DNA of 32,000 nucleotides from Prochlorococcus sp. MIT 0801 (GCF_000757865.1 NZ_CP007754.1:1800001-1832000), one strand, 5' to 3'; positions 15,261 through 24,695 are shown, numbered from the stretch's first letter. Translations and numbers: made by a program. The notes: generated by a model from the letters alone, not told the origin.

Positions 15261-16226
15261 ATGACAAAAGTGCCAAGTAAATCTTGTTTTGTAATTGGTT
15301 GTACTGGCCAAGATGGGTCTATGATGTGTAGATCGTTGCTGAAAAAAGGTTTTGAAGTTGTAGGTCTTACCAGAAAAATAAATTATTCAAGCGTAAATTT
15401 TAAAAAATTAGATATTCGAGGTAAATTCAAGGTCATAACACTTGATTTAAAAAATCATGAGCAATACATAAATTTAATCGAAGAGTATCAACCATCTGAA
15501 ATTTATAATCTATCTGCACAATCCTCGGTTGGATTGTCTTTTGAGAAACCATTAGAGACCTATCAAAGTATCATCAATGCAACCTACAATTTATTAGAAA
15601 TTTGCCGAAAAGCGAATTATGAAGGAAGAATTTTCTTTGCAGGAAGCAGTGAGATATATGGAAATGTGAAAGGAAAAGCTAAAATCAATGATCCAAAAGT
15701 CCCAATAAACCCTTACGCTTTAGCAAAGATATCTAGTATGAATTTTGTTAAATTTTATCGAGAAATATACAAACTAAATTGTTTAACAGGAGTACTCTTT
15801 AATCATGAATCAACTTTACGAGCTGAAAGTTTTGTAACTCAAAAAATTATTACAGGGGCAATTAAAAGTTTAAGGGATCAACAATATAAATTCAAAGTTG
15901 GTAATGTTGACATTATCAGAGACTGGGGAGACGCTGAAGAATATGTAGAGGCCATGCAAATTATAACAAGAGCAACAATATTAAAAGACCAAATAATATG
16001 CACAGGAAAAGGTACCAGCCTTCGAGAATTTATTAATAAAGTATTTAGTCAACTTGCCTTACAATGGGAAAAGCATGTAGAAATAGAACCCAACCTATTT
16101 CGAAAATCAGATATCCAAAGAAGTGTTGGGAATCCTGAAGATTGCTTCAACGATACAGGATGGAAATCTTCAGTTGATATTGATTCGTTAATCAAAAAAC
16201 TTATAAAAGAGAAAATAAATAAATAA
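15261..16226 (+). CDS. gmd: GDP-mannose 4,6-dehydratase-family SDR
   Basis: 321-aa ORF with VIGCTGQDGSMMCRSLL (GxxGxxG), NLSAQSSVGLSFEKP, GSSEIYG, PYALAK (YxxxK) and the GMD-type block GVLFNHESTLRAESFVTQKI. It is somewhat shorter than typical Gmd proteins, so substrate specificity is uncertain. Confidence 0.75.
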   Translation: MTKVPSKSCFVIGCTGQDGSMMCRSLLKKGFEVVGLTRKINYSSVNFKKLDIRGKFKVITLDLKNHEQYINLIEEYQPSEIYNLSAQSSVGLSFEKPLETYQSIINATYNLLEICRKANYEGRIFFAGSSEIYGNVKGKAKINDPKVPINPYALAKISSMNFVKFYREIYKLNCLTGVLFNHESTLRAESFVTQKIITGAIKSLRDQQYKFKVGNVDIIRDWGDAEEYVEAMQIITRATILKDQIICTGKGTSLREFINKVFSQLALQWEKHVEIEPNLFRKSDIQRSVGNPEDCFNDTGWKSSVDIDSLIKKLIKEKINK

Positions 16227-16228
16227 TT

Positions 16229-19200
16229 TTAATTATTCAATTCAATTCCTCTAATCATTCCTTGTAATCGTGGACCAAGTTTACTAAACCTATGTTGAGA
16301 CCTCCAAGCGTGTTGATATTCATTTAAAGACTTTTCTTTCTTTGATATCTTTTTATTAAGATACCAATTTTGTATACCCTCAGCTAATAAATCCTCAGTA
16401 ACACCAGGTAAAACATCAACGACTTTAAATACATCAGAGAATATTGAAATAGGGGTCACTGCAACTGGTACACCGCTAGCCAAGCCATGACGAACTGAAG
16501 CACTAGAAGATTCATTAGAATTTTGATAGGGGAAAACAATTAAGTCAGATTCTGAGAGTTTTGATAGTGTTGATTGATCAGAGTCATATGTAGTATCTAA
16601 AATAATTAGGTTAGAAAGTGAATACTGATCAATTAAATCTAGAAGTTCAAGATAGTATTCTTTGGAACAAATAGAACTATGAATAGCAGCATATAATCTT
16701 AAATTAACAACAAATTCTCGATCTTTAAGAATTTTTATTGCTTTAATTAACTCACTAAATCCTTTATTTGGCAAACAATAACCATATGCAGAAATCAATC
16801 TTTCAGTTTTATCATTCATTATTTGAGTAAATATACGTCTTTTAAAGGATGTGATATTAGAATTATTTTCAAAATAAAAGTCCAAAATTCCATGTGGAAA
16901 AATTCCAATATTTGATAAAAGGTCAAGATCCTTAAGCCTATTTAAATCTTCTGGAGTATGTACCAAGATACGAGAACACTTTTGAAAGGCTTTTTTTAGA
17001 TTTGATAGTTTTTTAGACGGATTATCTACAGGATCTTTTGTTGAATGCATCATCATAATTATATTCACCTTATTATTCGTTAATCGATTAATAAATAAAC
17101 ATAAAGAATCAAAATTATAAAATCCATAATTAAATTGAACTACAACGGTTGTTAATTTCTCGTGAATAATTGTTTCGTATAACTCCTCTAATTCATCTGG
17201 AACTGAACCCTCTAAATTCCAGCATCTTTTAACTATTAAATTGTCATCAGCAATTAGATCCTCTTGCTTAGGAGATAAGATAATTTTAAAATCAGAGATA
17301 TATTCAATAAGATGTTTAGAATATGCCGCAATACCACATCTTGAATTCCATGTCGATACCCAACCAATCCTGGATTCACAAAATGATGATCCAAGAGCTA
17401 AATTCCTTACAAAGCTTATATTTTTCTTAGCAACATTCGACCATTTATATTCCTTAATAGTCTGTTTTGCAGCCTTTAATTTAGAAGTTATCACTTCAGG
17501 AGTTTCACAATAAACTTCTTTCAATAATTCAGTTAAATGACTTTCAGATGGCTTAGCCCAAACTGATGATGTTAAATTAAAATGCGTATTTGCATATTCA
17601 AAAGAGAAATCTAATAACCATGAATTTAAATGATTACAAAAATCAATCTGACCACCCCAACCATTGGTTATAACTGGTAGACCTAAATGCATAGCTTCAG
17701 CAATTAAAAGCCCAAAACCTTCTCCGTAACTTGGTGCTACAAGACAATTTGATGAATTAAATAGCGAAGACATTTGAATATCTGAAAAATCACTATCTAT
17801 TATCAAGACATGAGGATATGAAGGATTTGATAGAATTAATTGTTCAAGAATCTGACTTACATTGTTATGTGGATTAGGAGCAGTTTTAATAATTAGGGAT
17901 ACATCATCTTTAGAACTAAAAGCATTACCATACGCTGTTAAAAGTATTGATATTCCCTTCCTTGGAAAACAAGATGAAACATGCAGAAATTTGAATTTTT
18001 TTGCATCTAAACTAAGAATATCCTTATTCGGCTTTATATGATTAACGCCTAAACTAGTAACTTTAATTGGCAATTGACAACCATTATCAATTAATATCTG
18101 CTTTACTTGTGAAGACATTACAGATAATCCATCTAGATTTTTGTTAAATTCTTCTATCCATTCAGATGGGAATTCAGTTTCCTCCCAACCATATGAATGT
18201 AAAATATTAATTCCATTATCAAAGTCATTGACTCTTGGAGGGTAAAGGTTTCTACTAATAATTGTTGGTTGATAATTATTAATCCTAGAATCTTCATGCA
18301 ATTTTAAAATATCCTTATGACTTTCTAAAAATTTTAAATCTGGTGCATAATCACCTGGTCCTTCCGTTGATAGAATCTTAACGTCAACATCTAAAGCTTT
18401 TAGAGCTAATGCAAATTGTCGATTAAGTATTGCAAGACTATAAGTGGAATCATAGGGTCCCTCTACTCTCCAGACTAATTTATCAGCCAACCATTTATGT
18501 TCACATTTTATATACCTAATTTGATTTTTTATTAATACTAATGAAGAACTTATTTGTTTTAATAAACAATCTGATTTTGAAGCATCATCGATAGAATTAA
18601 CTATAGTCTTAATTCTTTTAATAAATTGAGTATAACTCATAAGTTTATTGTTATGACTCTTATTTTTATTTATAACCATACTTTTTTCAAAAGCATTAAT
18701 ACAGTTTTCTGCTGTTTGTTTCCATGAAAATAATTTTGATCGATTCTTTGAGTTATTAGCTAGCAGTTCTCTAAATCGTTCATCAACTAAAGCTTTTTCT
18801 AATGTTTTCGCTATATCAGCAACATCAAATGGGTCGAAAAGAGCATTTGCATCTCCAACTATTTCAGGAATACTACTTGTGTTTGAACCAATAACAGGAG
18901 CACCACAGGTCATAGCCTCTAAAACAGGAAGGCCAAAGCCCTCATGAAGAGAAGGGAAAATAAACAAACTACAATTTCGATATAAACGAGATAATTGCTC
19001 ATCAGATACATACCCTAAAATTTTTACTAATTTTGAACTTAAATGATTACTTGCTATCCAATCTTTTAATTGCTCTAATTCTTCAGGTAAAAGATAACCA
19101 ACAAAAACTAGTTTATATTTGTTTCTTAATTCCTCAGATAAAAGAGCATAAGCTTCAATCAAACGACATAAATTCTTGCGAGGATCACCTGCTCCAGAAT

Positions 19201-19882
19201 ATAAAATATATTCATAATCTATTTTCAAAGGATCATCTTTAATATTAGACACTTTGGAAGCAAATAGGTTCTCATCACAAGCAGAAGATATATTGAAAAG
19301 ACATTCTTGATCAAATGCTAAATATTGTTCGGCTTCACTTTTAGAGGATTCTGAAATAGATAATAAAGAATCAAATTTAGAAAGACTAGCCAATTTACGG
19401 TGATAAAATTCAGAGAAAAGTGGATTTTTTTCTAAATATAATTTAGGATTAATAAGTGGTATTAAATCATAAATTATTGAAATTATAGAGGGTGTTATAT
19501 ATAATTCTGAAAGATCAGTTAAGCAATTATCAAGGAAGCCCTCAAAAAAACTAGTTATAAAAAAAATATCTGCATCCAATAATGAAATTGCATAACTTCT
19601 TAATTCACTAGCAATAAATGAATTATTCCCTTGCTGGCCAAATTTTTTATTAATAGGGCCTGGAGAGTACCATTGAAAATATTTTACGTTCATTTTATCT
19701 GATGTAATTTCCTCTTTGAAATCTTCTCTCATATCTCTTAGAGAATTATTAGCAAATAAAATATACTCATGTTGATTTTGATATTTAATCAAAGCCTTGA
19801 TTAAGGCCATGGAATAGCGTCCAATCCCTCGTAATCTACTGGCCTCTGATTGACATCCTTGTAAATCAATTATTATCCTCAT
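16229..19882 (-). CDS. Trimodular GT-B (GT4-like) glycosyltransferase, 1217 aa
   Basis: Three successive GT4-type C-terminal nucleotide-sugar binding blocks are present: EGFGLPVLEAMTCGAPVIGSN (module 1), GEGFGLLIAEAMHLGLPVITN (module 2) and SSSASVRHGLASGVPVAVT (module 3, degenerate). The N-terminal MRIIIDLQGCQ...RGIGRYS is typical of polymerising mannosyl-/rhamnosyl-transferases of the WbdA type. Confidence 0.8.
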   Translation of the reverse strand: MRIIIDLQGCQSEASRLRGIGRYSMALIKALIKYQNQHEYILFANNSLRDMREDFKEEITSDKMNVKYFQWYSPGPINKKFGQQGNNSFIASELRSYAISLLDADIFFITSFFEGFLDNCLTDLSELYITPSIISIIYDLIPLINPKLYLEKNPLFSEFYHRKLASLSKFDSLLSISESSKSEAEQYLAFDQECLFNISSACDENLFASKVSNIKDDPLKIDYEYILYSGAGDPRKNLCRLIEAYALLSEELRNKYKLVFVGYLLPEELEQLKDWIASNHLSSKLVKILGYVSDEQLSRLYRNCSLFIFPSLHEGFGLPVLEAMTCGAPVIGSNTSSIPEIVGDANALFDPFDVADIAKTLEKALVDERFRELLANNSKNRSKLFSWKQTAENCINAFEKSMVINKNKSHNNKLMSYTQFIKRIKTIVNSIDDASKSDCLLKQISSSLVLIKNQIRYIKCEHKWLADKLVWRVEGPYDSTYSLAILNRQFALALKALDVDVKILSTEGPGDYAPDLKFLESHKDILKLHEDSRINNYQPTIISRNLYPPRVNDFDNGINILHSYGWEETEFPSEWIEEFNKNLDGLSVMSSQVKQILIDNGCQLPIKVTSLGVNHIKPNKDILSLDAKKFKFLHVSSCFPRKGISILLTAYGNAFSSKDDVSLIIKTAPNPHNNVSQILEQLILSNPSYPHVLIIDSDFSDIQMSSLFNSSNCLVAPSYGEGFGLLIAEAMHLGLPVITNGWGGQIDFCNHLNSWLLDFSFEYANTHFNLTSSVWAKPSESHLTELLKEVYCETPEVITSKLKAAKQTIKEYKWSNVAKKNISFVRNLALGSSFCESRIGWVSTWNSRCGIAAYSKHLIEYISDFKIILSPKQEDLIADDNLIVKRCWNLEGSVPDELEELYETIIHEKLTTVVVQFNYGFYNFDSLCLFINRLTNNKVNIIMMMHSTKDPVDNPSKKLSNLKKAFQKCSRILVHTPEDLNRLKDLDLLSNIGIFPHGILDFYFENNSNITSFKRRIFTQIMNDKTERLISAYGYCLPNKGFSELIKAIKILKDREFVVNLRLYAAIHSSICSKEYYLELLDLIDQYSLSNLIILDTTYDSDQSTLSKLSESDLIVFPYQNSNESSSASVRHGLASGVPVAVTPISIFSDVFKVVDVLPGVTEDLLAEGIQNWYLNKKISKKEKSLNEYQHAWRSQHRFSKLGPRLQGMIRGIELNN

Positions 19883-19903
19883 ATTTTCACTCTAGAATGA
19901 CAT

Positions 19904-21088
19904 TTATTTAAAATCTTGATAAGTTTTTTTAGCTTCAGAGGAGGACTCATAATATCCTGATAGCATATCATTCAAAGTATGTGAATTATGATTAATCTTA
20001 TCTATCTGTATGATTTTAGAAAGAATTTTTCTTGCTAGAACATCCTGACCAAGAAGTTTAGAGATTTTAGAAATAAATTTATAGAATACTATTGTATGAG
20101 AATCTGATAAAACTGATGTAATCATTCTAAAGCTAAAATGTATAAAATAAACAACAAAATTCCTGATATTTAGCAAGATAAATTTAATATTCGCTTTTAT
20201 TTTTCTAATTAATTTAAAAGGTAGTGAATTAAATATTTTATTTTGTCTAAATAGCAAGAAATTAATTGTATTTTTCAAGTTATTAATTTCATTATCATAT
20301 TGTTTATTCATTAATTTTATACTCTGCTCAATATTAAATATCTTTTCATCAAATAAGCTATAAGCTTGATCCGTACTAATAGCGATATTTAATTTGTCTT
20401 TCCAAAAAGATTCATGAGCAAAAAGATGAGAATTATATTCATTATTAATAGTTCCGATAAACACAACATCTTGAGCGACAGAACCAATCACCTCTAATAA
20501 AGAAAAAGATTTTGGATTATACAACGGGCCCCCGTTAATCAAATAATATTTGACCTTTTCAAAACCAATTACATTTAATCTATGTACGAAACTATCAGGA
20601 TTAATATGATTAATATGTGTAGGATCTAAATAAAAATTTTTTGTAGAAACTTTAATATTATCAATACTTGGAGTTTCTAAAATTAAAACCCCGCCAGGTT
20701 CTAAAAGTCTTTGGCATTCTCTCATTAGAACTTCTAATTTATTATTATCTAAATGTTCTATTAAATGAAAAGCACTAATAATTTGAAATGAACTTTGATT
20801 ATATCTTTTTAATTCTATTAAAGCATCCTCTTTAACAACATTTAATTTTAAGCCTTTACAAAATTCATACATAGAATCATTGCTTTCTATACCTAGAGAG
20901 CTAATACCTTTATCATTACATATCTCAAGCCATTCCCCCCTGCCACAGCCTAAATCTAATAATTTGGGAGAATCAAAGTTATCCAATATATATTCTAATA
21001 AGCCATAGTAGTTATATAAACGTTTTTTTATTTTATCTCTAGAGCCTCTAAATTTATTTTCAAATTTTAAATAAGATTCCTTGTCCAT
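19904..21088 (-). CDS. Class I SAM-dependent methyltransferase with a ~170-aa C-terminal extension (heptad-like, then amphipathic/hydrophobic)
   Basis: 394-aa ORF. Motif I is LLDLGCGRGEWLE and the post-I region is LLEPGGVLILETP. The C-terminal part contains an Asn/Lys/Ile-rich stretch (EKIFNIEQSIKLMNKQYDNEINNLKNTINFLL), then a hydrophobic segment (FILLNIRNFVVYFIHFSFRMITSVL). It lies 21 nt upstream of the trimodular glycosyltransferase. Confidence 0.75.
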   Translation of the reverse strand: MDKESYLKFENKFRGSRDKIKKRLYNYYGLLEYILDNFDSPKLLDLGCGRGEWLEICNDKGISSLGIESNDSMYEFCKGLKLNVVKEDALIELKRYNQSSFQIISAFHLIEHLDNNKLEVLMRECQRLLEPGGVLILETPSIDNIKVSTKNFYLDPTHINHINPDSFVHRLNVIGFEKVKYYLINGGPLYNPKSFSLLEVIGSVAQDVVFIGTINNEYNSHLFAHESFWKDKLNIAISTDQAYSLFDEKIFNIEQSIKLMNKQYDNEINNLKNTINFLLFRQNKIFNSLPFKLIRKIKANIKFILLNIRNFVVYFIHFSFRMITSVLSDSHTIVFYKFISKISKLLGQDVLARKILSKIIQIDKINHNSHTLNDMLSGYYESSSEAKKTYQDFK

Positions 21089-21209
21089 ATAATTTGCAAA
21101 AATACCTATTTAAAAAGTAGCATATAAAGGAACTACTTCAAAAAACAGGATAATTCATTTGATTTCACGTTTTTGCAGAAGCTAAGAAAACATTGAGAAT
21201 CAGTATTTA

Positions 21210-22262
21210 TTAATCCTGAGCTATCCATTGCATATTTTTTAGGTACCAATCAACAGTTTTTTCAATTCCTATTTTAAAATTGTATTTAGGTCTCCATCCT
21301 AATTCCCTTTTTAGCTTTGATGAATCTATAGCATACCTGTAGTCATGACCTAATCTATCTTCTACTGATTTTACGAGGTTTTTATACGGATAATGATTAG
21401 GTTTTTTATGATCTAAAATATCACATATCATATTAATAACTTCTTTATTTGAATATTCCTCTCCTGCTCCAATACAAAAACGTTGTCCTGCATATGCTTT
21501 TTCTGCAATTAACAATAGAGCACTAATATGATCATCAACAAATAACCAATCTCTAATATTTTCTCCTTGACCAAACATAGGAATATCTCGATTATTTAAT
21601 GCTCTGGATATTACCAAAGGTATTAATTTCTCCGGGAATTGTCGAGGTCCATAATTATTACAACAATTAGTGATAATAGAAGGGAGTCCATAAGTATGAA
21701 ACCATGAATTCACTAAATGATCACTTCCAGCTTTGGATGCTGAATATGGACTTCTTGGACAATATTGTGAAGTTTCAGAAAAATACCCAGTAACTCCAAG
21801 CTCACCAAAAACTTCGTCAGTACTTATGTGTATTAATTTAAAGCAAAGTTGTCTATCTTCAGGTAATGTTTCATAATGATTTCTTAGTGAATTAAGTAAA
21901 TTATAAGTGCCTACAATATTACTGTTTATAAACTCATTTGGACCTTTTATAGAACGATCAACATGACTTTCAGCAGCTAAATGAAATACTAAATCCGGAT
22001 CTGAATATTTTATAGCATCTGTTGTCTTATTTGCGTCTACAAGATCTACCTCTAACAATTCATAATTCTGTTCGATAAGACTTTTACTGTGAACAAAAAA
22101 ATCGTCTATATTATATTTTGAGCTAGCATAAGATAATTTATCAAGATTATATATTTTAAAGTTTCTATTATTAATTAATTTACTGATGAGATTGGAACCT
22201 ATAAAGCCAGCGCCTCCAGTCACTAGGATTTTTCTTTGCTTCCCAAGAAATGATGATTGCAT
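21210..22262 (-). CDS. rfbB: dTDP-glucose 4,6-dehydratase
   Basis: 350-aa SDR with KILVTGGAGFIGSNL, HLAAESHVDRSI, HISTDEVFG and YSASKAGSDHLV, all canonical RmlB blocks. Its ATG overlaps the rfbD TAA (TAATG at 22260-22264). Confidence 0.92.
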   Translation of the reverse strand: MQSSFLGKQRKILVTGGAGFIGSNLISKLINNRNFKIYNLDKLSYASSKYNIDDFFVHSKSLIEQNYELLEVDLVDANKTTDAIKYSDPDLVFHLAAESHVDRSIKGPNEFINSNIVGTYNLLNSLRNHYETLPEDRQLCFKLIHISTDEVFGELGVTGYFSETSQYCPRSPYSASKAGSDHLVNSWFHTYGLPSIITNCCNNYGPRQFPEKLIPLVISRALNNRDIPMFGQGENIRDWLFVDDHISALLLIAEKAYAGQRFCIGAGEEYSNKEVINMICDILDHKKPNHYPYKNLVKSVEDRLGHDYRYAIDSSKLKRELGWRPKYNFKIGIEKTVDWYLKNMQWIAQD

Positions 22263-23173
22263 TAGCTAATATTACTATTCTTAATTTCATTTAATACAGC
22301 GCGTAAACAAATTCGCCAGTGTTGAGGCTCTATATTCAATTGACTAAGCATAAGAGAAGAATCCAAAGCAGAAAAAGCTGGACGTAAAGCCAAAGTTTCA
22401 TATGCATCGGACTTAATTGGAAGAATTTTTGTATTTAAATTAAATAACCCAATATCATTTCCTATCTCCAGAACCGCGTATGCAAAATCATACCAACTAG
22501 CTATTCCAGCATCTGAAAAATGAATAAGATTAGATGACTTAAGACCTTCTTCCATAGATTTAATCAAACTCCAGCAAAATTTTGCTAAAGAAATACTACT
22601 TGTTGGAGTACTAACTTGATCAGAAACTATTTTTAGAGTTTTCTTAAGCTTCATTAAATTAATAATTTTATTAACGAAATTATTCCCCCAAGCAGAATAC
22701 AGCCAGCTAGTTCGAATTATCTTCACCTGCTCAGTGGATGACAAAATTTCCAATATTTTTTCTTCTCCTTGAACTTTGCTTAAGCCATATGTATTCAAAG
22801 GGTTAACAAGGTCAGTAGTTTTATAAGGCAAGGATTGATTTCCATCAAATACATAATCTGTACTGAAATGAATTAATTTACCACCTATTTTTTTTAAAGC
22901 TTTAGCAAATACAGCTGGTGCATCTGCATTAATTTTATAAGTCAATTTCTCTTGTGACTCTGCAAGATCAACAGCTGTATATGCAGCTGCATTTATAAGA
23001 TAATCTGGTTGATATTCCAAAATAATTTTCTCACATTGATTAGGAATTGAGAGATCTAATTCTTCTCTAGAGGTCATCTTCAAATCTACAGTTTTACCCG
23101 CAATATCCACTGGTAAAGTTTCAATTAAACTCAAACCTAATTGACCATTTTTTCCTACTAATAAGACCTTCAT
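22262..23173 (-). CDS. rfbD: dTDP-4-dehydrorhamnose reductase
   Basis: 303-aa ORF with MKVLLVGKNGQLG, INAAAYTAVDLAE, HFSTDYVFDG and YGLSKVQGE (YxxxK). It lies between rfbC and rfbB. Confidence 0.9.
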   Translation of the reverse strand: MKVLLVGKNGQLGLSLIETLPVDIAGKTVDLKMTSREELDLSIPNQCEKIILEYQPDYLINAAAYTAVDLAESQEKLTYKINADAPAVFAKALKKIGGKLIHFSTDYVFDGNQSLPYKTTDLVNPLNTYGLSKVQGEEKILEILSSTEQVKIIRTSWLYSAWGNNFVNKIINLMKLKKTLKIVSDQVSTPTSSISLAKFCWSLIKSMEEGLKSSNLIHFSDAGIASWYDFAYAVLEIGNDIGLFNLNTKILPIKSDAYETLALRPAFSALDSSLMLSQLNIEPQHWRICLRAVLNEIKNSNIS

Positions 23174-23207
23174 TTTAAAACTTACAAAATAAAAATTCTA
23201 ATATTTA

Positions 23208-23783
23208 TTAGAAATACAATAAATCATGAATTTCATCTAAACATTTTCCATCATTATCTTTAGATGAAATTATAGGTAAGTCTGAAATTAATGGCCACTT
23301 AATAGAAATAGTTGGATCATTCCATCTAAGAGTAATTTCAGCATCTTGGTCCCAATAGTCAGAAACTTTATACATTACCTCAGCTTCACTGCTCATAGTC
23401 AGAAAGCCATGAGCAAATCCACTTGGTAACCATAGTTGTTTTCGATTAGTACTACTTAAAGTAACCCCAAACCAATTACCAAAAGTGGAGGAATTAATTC
23501 TAAGATCAACTCCAACATCGTAAATCTCACCTTGCAAACATCTAATCAATTTACCTTGAGAATGAGGCGCAACTTGAAAATGTAAACCTCGCAATACATT
23601 AAAAGTGGATAGAGAATGATTATCCTGAACAAAATTTATATCTTGGCTCAATAGATTATTAAAATTCCTTTTGTTCCAACTTTCGGTAAAAAAACCTCTT
23701 TCATCTTGAAAGATTTCTGAGACAAACATCAAAGGTCCTTTAAAATTTTCACCTTTAATATTTTTTAAATAATAGCTCTTCAT
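23208..23783 (-). CDS. rfbC: dTDP-4-dehydrorhamnose 3,5-epimerase
   Basis: 191-aa ORF with FQDERGFFTESW, LRGLHFQ, KLIRCLQGEIYDVGVDLR, LPSGFAHGF and VMYKVSDYW, all canonical RmlC blocks. Confidence 0.92.
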   Translation of the reverse strand: MKSYYLKNIKGENFKGPLMFVSEIFQDERGFFTESWNKRNFNNLLSQDINFVQDNHSLSTFNVLRGLHFQVAPHSQGKLIRCLQGEIYDVGVDLRINSSTFGNWFGVTLSSTNRKQLWLPSGFAHGFLTMSSEAEVMYKVSDYWDQDAEITLRWNDPTISIKWPLISDLPIISSKDNDGKCLDEIHDLLYF

Positions 23784-23810
23784 AAAATAAATTCTTGTAT
23801 ATAATATTAG

Positions 23811-24695
23811 TCAATCTTTATCACTTTCATTAGATAATAACTGATTTAAATATTCACCATAACCGCTTTTTGATTGTAATTGAGCAATTTGGTAAATCTT
23901 TTTATTACTTATCCAACCCTGACGCCATGCAACCTCTTCAGGGCAACCTACTTTTAATCCTTGTCGTCTCTCAAGAGTCCGAATAAAAGCTCCTGCTTCA
24001 TGCAAGGAGTCAAAGGTACCCGTATCTAACCAAGCCATACCTCTACCCATGATTTGCACTTTAAGTTTATTTTCTTGCAAATACTGCCGATTTATATCAG
24101 TAATTTCCAATTCCCCTCTTTCAGAGGGTGTAACGGTTTTCGCTTTTTCAATAACAGTTTTATCAAAAAAATACAAACCTGTAATTGCAAATCTACTTTT
24201 TGGTTTCACTGGTTTTTCTTCAATCGATAGGGCCAAACCATTCTGATCAAATTCCACAACACCATAGCGATGTGGGTCTGATACTCGATATGCAAAAACA
24301 GTCGCAGAATCTTTATTTTTATCAGCTTTTCTCAATTGGTCTCTGAGATCAGAGCCATAAAATAAATTATCACCCAAAATTAAAGCACAAGGAGAGTCTT
24401 TTAAGAAATCAGTAGCTATTAAGAGTGCTTGAGCTAAGCCTTGAGGCTCTGGTTGAATTTCATATGTTATTGATATTCCAAATGAACTTCCATCTCCAAG
24501 CAATCGCTGAAAAGACGACTTATCAATTGGAGTAGTAATTATTAAAATTTCATTTATCCCTGCCAACATAAGAGTTGTTAGAGGGTAATAAATCATTGGT
24601 TTATCATAAATTGGTAAAAGCTGTTTACTAATTGATTTTGTAATGGGGCTTAAACGTGAACCAGTTCCACCAGCAAGAATGATCCCTTTCCTCAT
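23811..24695 (-). CDS. rfbA: Glucose-1-phosphate thymidylyltransferase
   Basis: 294-aa ORF with MRKGIILAGGTGSRLSPIT...SKQLLPIYDKPMIYYPL, ALILGDNLFYG and GRGMAWLDTGT, all canonical RmlA blocks. Confidence 0.93.
   Translation of the reverse strand: MRKGIILAGGTGSRLSPITKSISKQLLPIYDKPMIYYPLTTLMLAGINEILIITTPIDKSSFQRLLGDGSSFGISITYEIQPEPQGLAQALLIATDFLKDSPCALILGDNLFYGSDLRDQLRKADKNKDSATVFAYRVSDPHRYGVVEFDQNGLALSIEEKPVKPKSRFAITGLYFFDKTVIEKAKTVTPSERGELEITDINRQYLQENKLKVQIMGRGMAWLDTGTFDSLHEAGAFIRTLERRQGLKVGCPEEVAWRQGWISNKKIYQIAQLQSKSGYGEYLNQLLSNESDKD

Noticed and set aside
21115-21138. A possible terminator between rfbB and the methyltransferase gene: minus-strand GAAGTAG-12 nt loop-CTACTTT followed by TTT.
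   Set aside because: The stem is only 6 bp plus one G-U pair and is mostly A-T. The loop is long, and part of the short T-run is consumed by the stem. This is too weak to call, although the 121-bp gap may well hold a promoter or weak terminator.
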